Shown in pieces: positions 46,297-49,238 of a stretch of DNA of 49,238 bases. Numbering within the stretch: the stretch's first letter is position 1; the number at the start of each line of letters is the position of its first letter. A model generated the notes under the pieces. The model did no database searches. It was given only the letters and a program-made list of their open reading frames with translations, and was not told where the DNA came from. The stretch covers positions 1 to 49,238 of the forward strand of contig JAKFCT010000008.1 in the NCBI GenBank assembly GCA_036676495.1. Reading direction: 5' to 3'. The stretch comes from Candidatus Sericytochromatia bacterium (lineage in GTDB: Bacteria; Cyanobacteriota; Sericytochromatia; S15B-MN24; UBA4093). The position numbers and the translations under genes are program-made.

Positions 46297-46839
46297 CTAC
46301 CAGAACGGCCAAATCGGGCGGGAGGGCTCTTTCTCCAGCGTCACGACGACCTCGGACGGGGTATGGCGCCAAAGCGCTCCGCTCAACGCGTCCCAGCCGA
46401 GGCCGAGCAGGCCCGCACCGGCCAGGCCCATCCCGAGGGACATGACGGGGACCCCTCCCAGCGACTCGAGGCTCGCGCCCGGGTGGGTGTTCCCGTAATG
46501 GATGCCGTAGGCCCCCAGGCCCAGCACCATGAGGTCGCCCAGCACCTGAGGCTGAACCTGCCGTCCGATTCGGGTCTCCAGGGATTGGTAGCCGCGGCTG
46601 CGGACCCTGAGCGTGTAATCGGAGTGCCGATCCAGCGCCACGGTGAAAAACGGGACCTTGCGGCGGATATGGTGATCGTTGGACACCCCGTCGATCAGGA
46701 CCTCGACATCCTCCTGGGGCTCTTCGACGGAGACGTCGAGCTTCGAGGGCCCGCCCGAGAAGAGCGCGGCACAGCCGGAAAGAGCGAGCGTGAGGCTCAT
46801 CGAGCCGAGCATCAGGGTGGCGAGGATCGGGCGGCGCAT
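46297..46839 (-). CDS. Lipoprotein with PEGA-like domain and C-terminal hydrophobic hairpin
   Basis: GGAGG RBS; lipobox LSGC; 'VLIDG', 'YTLRVRSRGYQ', 'DALSGALW'. Confidence 0.7.
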   Translation of the reverse strand: MRRPILATLMLGSMSLTLALSGCAALFSGGPSKLDVSVEEPQEDVEVLIDGVSNDHHIRRKVPFFTVALDRHSDYTLRVRSRGYQSLETRIGRQVQPQVLGDLMVLGLGAYGIHYGNTHPGASLESLGGVPVMSLGMGLAGAGLLGLGWDALSGALWRHTPSEVVVTLEKEPSRPIWPFW

Positions 46840-47014
46840 GGGACCTCCTAAGCGGGACGCGGCGTAGAGGCCTTGTACCCGCTCGCCTCCCCGGCAAACG
46901 TGGGGGCGATGCCGGGGCCTGGAAGGGCCGCCCATCGCCGCTTTCGCGGGTATAATGGAGGTGACGCGGCTGGCGTGACCGCTGCGGACTACTCTCGCCA
47001 TCAAAGGAGTCGTT

Positions 47015-47512
47015 ATGCGCTCATCCCTGGGAATCGCGATCGAGCCGATCGGGGACGCCCCTCCTCCGGAGCCCGCGCCGCCATCGGAGTGGCGCTTGCT
47101 GGAGAAGCACGGGCCGTGTTTCGTTTGCCAGCCGGACAATCCGGGGGGCTTGCGCGCGGATCTCTACCGGGAAGGAAACGCGATTCGCTGCCGCTACGTC
47201 TACCCGCCGGAGTTGCAGGGGCCTCCGGGCCATGCGCATGGCGGATCGACGGCGGCTCTGCTGGATGAGGTGATGGGGGCGGCGGCCTGGAACCGCCGCG
47301 ACAACCTCCTGGCCGTTCACTTGGAATACGACTTCCGGCGTCCGATTCCGCTGGGCCAGGAAGTGCTGGCGACGGGCTGGGTTCGGGCCGATGGAAACCG
47401 CTCGGTGAGGGTGGCGGCCGAAATCCGGCTGGCGAATGGAGAGGTGGCCGTTCAGGCGACCGGGGTCTTCGCGGTGGCTCCGACGATGTTCGACAAGCCG
47501 TTCTTCGGTTGA
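47015..47512 (+). CDS. PaaI-family hotdog thioesterase
   Basis: CFVCQPDNPGGL, GPPGHAHGG, LLDEVMG, FRRPIP. Confidence 0.88.
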   Translation: MRSSLGIAIEPIGDAPPPEPAPPSEWRLLEKHGPCFVCQPDNPGGLRADLYREGNAIRCRYVYPPELQGPPGHAHGGSTAALLDEVMGAAAWNRRDNLLAVHLEYDFRRPIPLGQEVLATGWVRADGNRSVRVAAEIRLANGEVAVQATGVFAVAPTMFDKPFFG

Positions 47513-47522
47513 GCCGCGGGCG

Positions 47523-47717
47523 CTAGACCAGCAGGCCTCCGCCCGCGTTCGACGGCCGGACCCAGGATTCGCTGAGGTCGGCGTTGAGGATGTGGACCCA
47601 GCCGTCTTCCGCCAAGGTGACGGCAGCCCCGCACTCGCGACAGAAGTAGCCGGTCCACGACAGGGCCTGCATGGGACCGGTGCAGTTGGGGCAGGTTTTC
47701 GAGCTTTGCGACGACAT
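47523..47717 (-). CDS. Small Zn-ribbon-like protein
   Basis: CPNC...CREC spacing; 64 aa. Confidence 0.55.
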   Translation of the reverse strand: MSSQSSKTCPNCTGPMQALSWTGYFCRECGAAVTLAEDGWVHILNADLSESWVRPSNAGGGLLV

Positions 47718-47909
47718 GGCGCTACCCTCGCGACAGGGGGGGACCCCCTCACGGTAGCCGAGAAAGATTACGCGAAGATTGCATGGCTATCTCCCGCGGC
47801 TTGCGAGCGACCGAGGGTCCTGAGCGGCTAACCGAATCCAAATGAAAGTTTCACACGGATCCTAAACGGCGTTGCGGCTTTCTTAACGCTAGCTTGCTAG
47901 GATAAAAAG

Positions 47910-48156
47910 CGTGGAAGGTGAGCGGTCCAGGACGGGCCGGGAGCCGGAAACCCAGCGTTCGAGGCGGATCCATCAGCCCTAAAGGCGGTTCGACCGTCGG
48001 GGAGTTTACCCGGATCCAAGAGGAGTGCTGGCGTGCCCACTCGCCTGTCATCCGTCAGGGCGAGGTGACCGGGAGAGGCCTGCGGGCCCTGTGGTCTAGG
48101 CACCGAGCGCAATGCGCGAGCCGACGGCCCCCGTTTCGGGGGCCGTCGGCGTTTCT
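47910..48156 (+). ncRNA. Probable structured non-coding RNA (6S-like candidate)
   Basis: Extended -10 TGCTAGGAT at 47895-47903; several long-range complementary segments; ends in a strong hairpin; no credible ORF. Confidence 0.5.
48120..48156 (+). terminator. Terminator-like hairpin
   Basis: GCCGACGGCCCCC-GTTTC-GGGGGCCGTCGGC then GTTTCT. Confidence 0.75.
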
Positions 48157-48253
48157 CCGATCAGGACCTGGGCGGGCAGAGACGCCCGCCCCACGCACAG
48201 TGGGGTGAGCCTCCGCGCCCGCTGTGCTACGGGCAAGCGGCGCCCCCAGGCGA

Positions 48254-48283
48254 TTGACAAGCCCCCCCGATCCGGCGTAAATT
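48254..48283 (+). promoter_or_regulatory. Sigma70-type promoter of the suf operon
   Basis: TTGACA-18 nt-TAAATT. Confidence 0.7.
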
Positions 48284-48292
48284 GAAGACACT

Positions 48293-48317
48293 AAATCTGA
48301 CTAAAATTGTCTGGATT
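48293..48317. promoter_or_regulatory. Rrf2/IscR type-1-like operator
   Basis: AAATCTGACTAAAATTGTCTGGATT matches the GACT-N6-GTC core and length of the IscR type-1 consensus; lies just downstream of the -10. Confidence 0.6.
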
Positions 48318-48401
48318 GGTTGCCCCTGGAGCGGCAGGCGAAAAACCCGCTCCAAGCGCCGCCCATTCGACGGGAACGCCGGAGTTCCGAGGAGCTTGAC
48401 C

Positions 48402-49238
48402 ATGAGTTCATCGCTGCATGCGGTCGTCAGCCAGCCGTATAAGCACGGATTCGTCACCGAGATCGAGTCCGAATCCCTCCCGAAAGGCCTCAACGAGGAC
48501 GTCGTGAGGGCCATTTCCGCCAAGAAGCACGAGCCCGAATGGATGCTCGAATTCCGCCTGAAGGCCTATCGCCACTGGCTGACCATGGAAGAGCCCCGCT
48601 GGCCCAACGTGGAGTACCCGGAGGTCGATTTCCAGGACATCGTCTACTACTCGGCTCCCAAGAAGAAGGAGCAGCTGAGCTCGATGGACGAGGTCGATCC
48701 CGAGCTGATCCGCACCTTCGAGAAGCTGGGCATCCCCCTTTCCGAGCAGAAGATGCTCGCGAACGTGGCCGTGGACGTCGTCTTCGACTCGGTCTCGGTC
48801 ACCACCACCTTCAAGGAGAAGCTGGCCGAGGCGGGAGTCATCTTCTGCTCCATCTCGGAAGCCATCCAGAAGCACCCCGAGCTGGTCAAGAAGTACATCG
48901 GCTCGGTCGTCCCCTACACGGACAACTTCTACGCCGCCCTCAACTCCGCGGTCTTCACCGACGGCTCCTTCTGCTTCATCCCCAAGGGCGTCGCCTGTCC
49001 GATGGAGCTCTCGACCTACTTCCGGATCAACAACGAGGAGTCGGGCCAGTTCGAGCGCACCCTGATCGTCGCCGAGGAAGGCGCCACGGTCAGTTACCTC
49101 GAGGGCTGCACCGCCCCCAAGTTCGACACCAACCAGCTGCACGCGGCGGTGGTCGAGCTGGTCGCCCTCGACGACGCGGACATCAAGTACTCGACCGTCC
49201 AGAACTGGTACGCGGGCGACGAGAACGGCGTCGGCGGC
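48402..49238 (+). CDS. sufB: Fe-S cluster assembly protein SufB (5' part, runs off window)
   Basis: Not in ORF track (no stop). GAGGAG RBS; [64 protein letters not shown]. Confidence 0.97.
   Translation, partial: MSSSLHAVVSQPYKHGFVTEIESESLPKGLNEDVVRAISAKKHEPEWMLEFRLKAYRHWLTMEEPRWPNVEYPEVDFQDIVYYSAPKKKEQLSSMDEVDPELIRTFEKLGIPLSEQKMLANVAVDVVFDSVSVTTTFKEKLAEAGVIFCSISEAIQKHPELVKKYIGSVVPYTDNFYAALNSAVFTDGSFCFIPKGVACPMELSTYFRINNEESGQFERTLIVAEEGATVSYLEGCTAPKFDTNQLHAAVVELVALDDADIKYSTVQNWYAGDENGVGG

Noticed and set aside
47911-47956. Cobalamin riboswitch (GGAAGG...GAGCCGGAAACC)
   Set aside because: Only a loose 3'-end resemblance; the conserved 5' core is missing.
47980-48010. tRNA or tmRNA (GGTTCGA)
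   Set aside because: No cloverleaf, acceptor stem, CCA end or tag ORF.

Overview
High-GC, gene-dense bacterial chromosomal segment from a diderm organism (TolC, lipoproteins, a probable outer-membrane beta-barrel). Several hypothetical proteins resemble, from memory, families conserved in Cyanobacteria, while no photosynthesis genes are present, so a non-photosynthetic Cyanobacteriota lineage such as Sericytochromatia is my unverified guess. Recognisable genes include tsaD, rqcH/NFACT, ddl, metK behind a SAM-I riboswitch, and the 5' part of sufB. The window also encodes a MacAB-TolC-type exporter operon, an M16 protease pair, a subtilase, sugar-nucleotide enzymes and many cell-wall-peptide enzymes. 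I found no tRNA, rRNA, CRISPR array, integrase or transposase. The strongest leads for something undescribed are: (1) a ~240-nt structured non-coding transcript with its own promoter and terminator upstream of sufB; (2) a HAD-phosphatase/RNase HI fusion; (3) two convergent LysM-C39-peptidase paralogs flanking a Cys-rich microprotein; (4) an orphan solute-binding protein coupled to a membrane PP2C phosphatase; (5) a 44-bp repeat in inverted copies around a two-gene cassette; and (6) three catalytically eroded domains (beta-lactamase, NurA, Wzc-like). All family calls come from motif reading, not database searches. Several starts were moved from the ORF track to RBS-supported codons.
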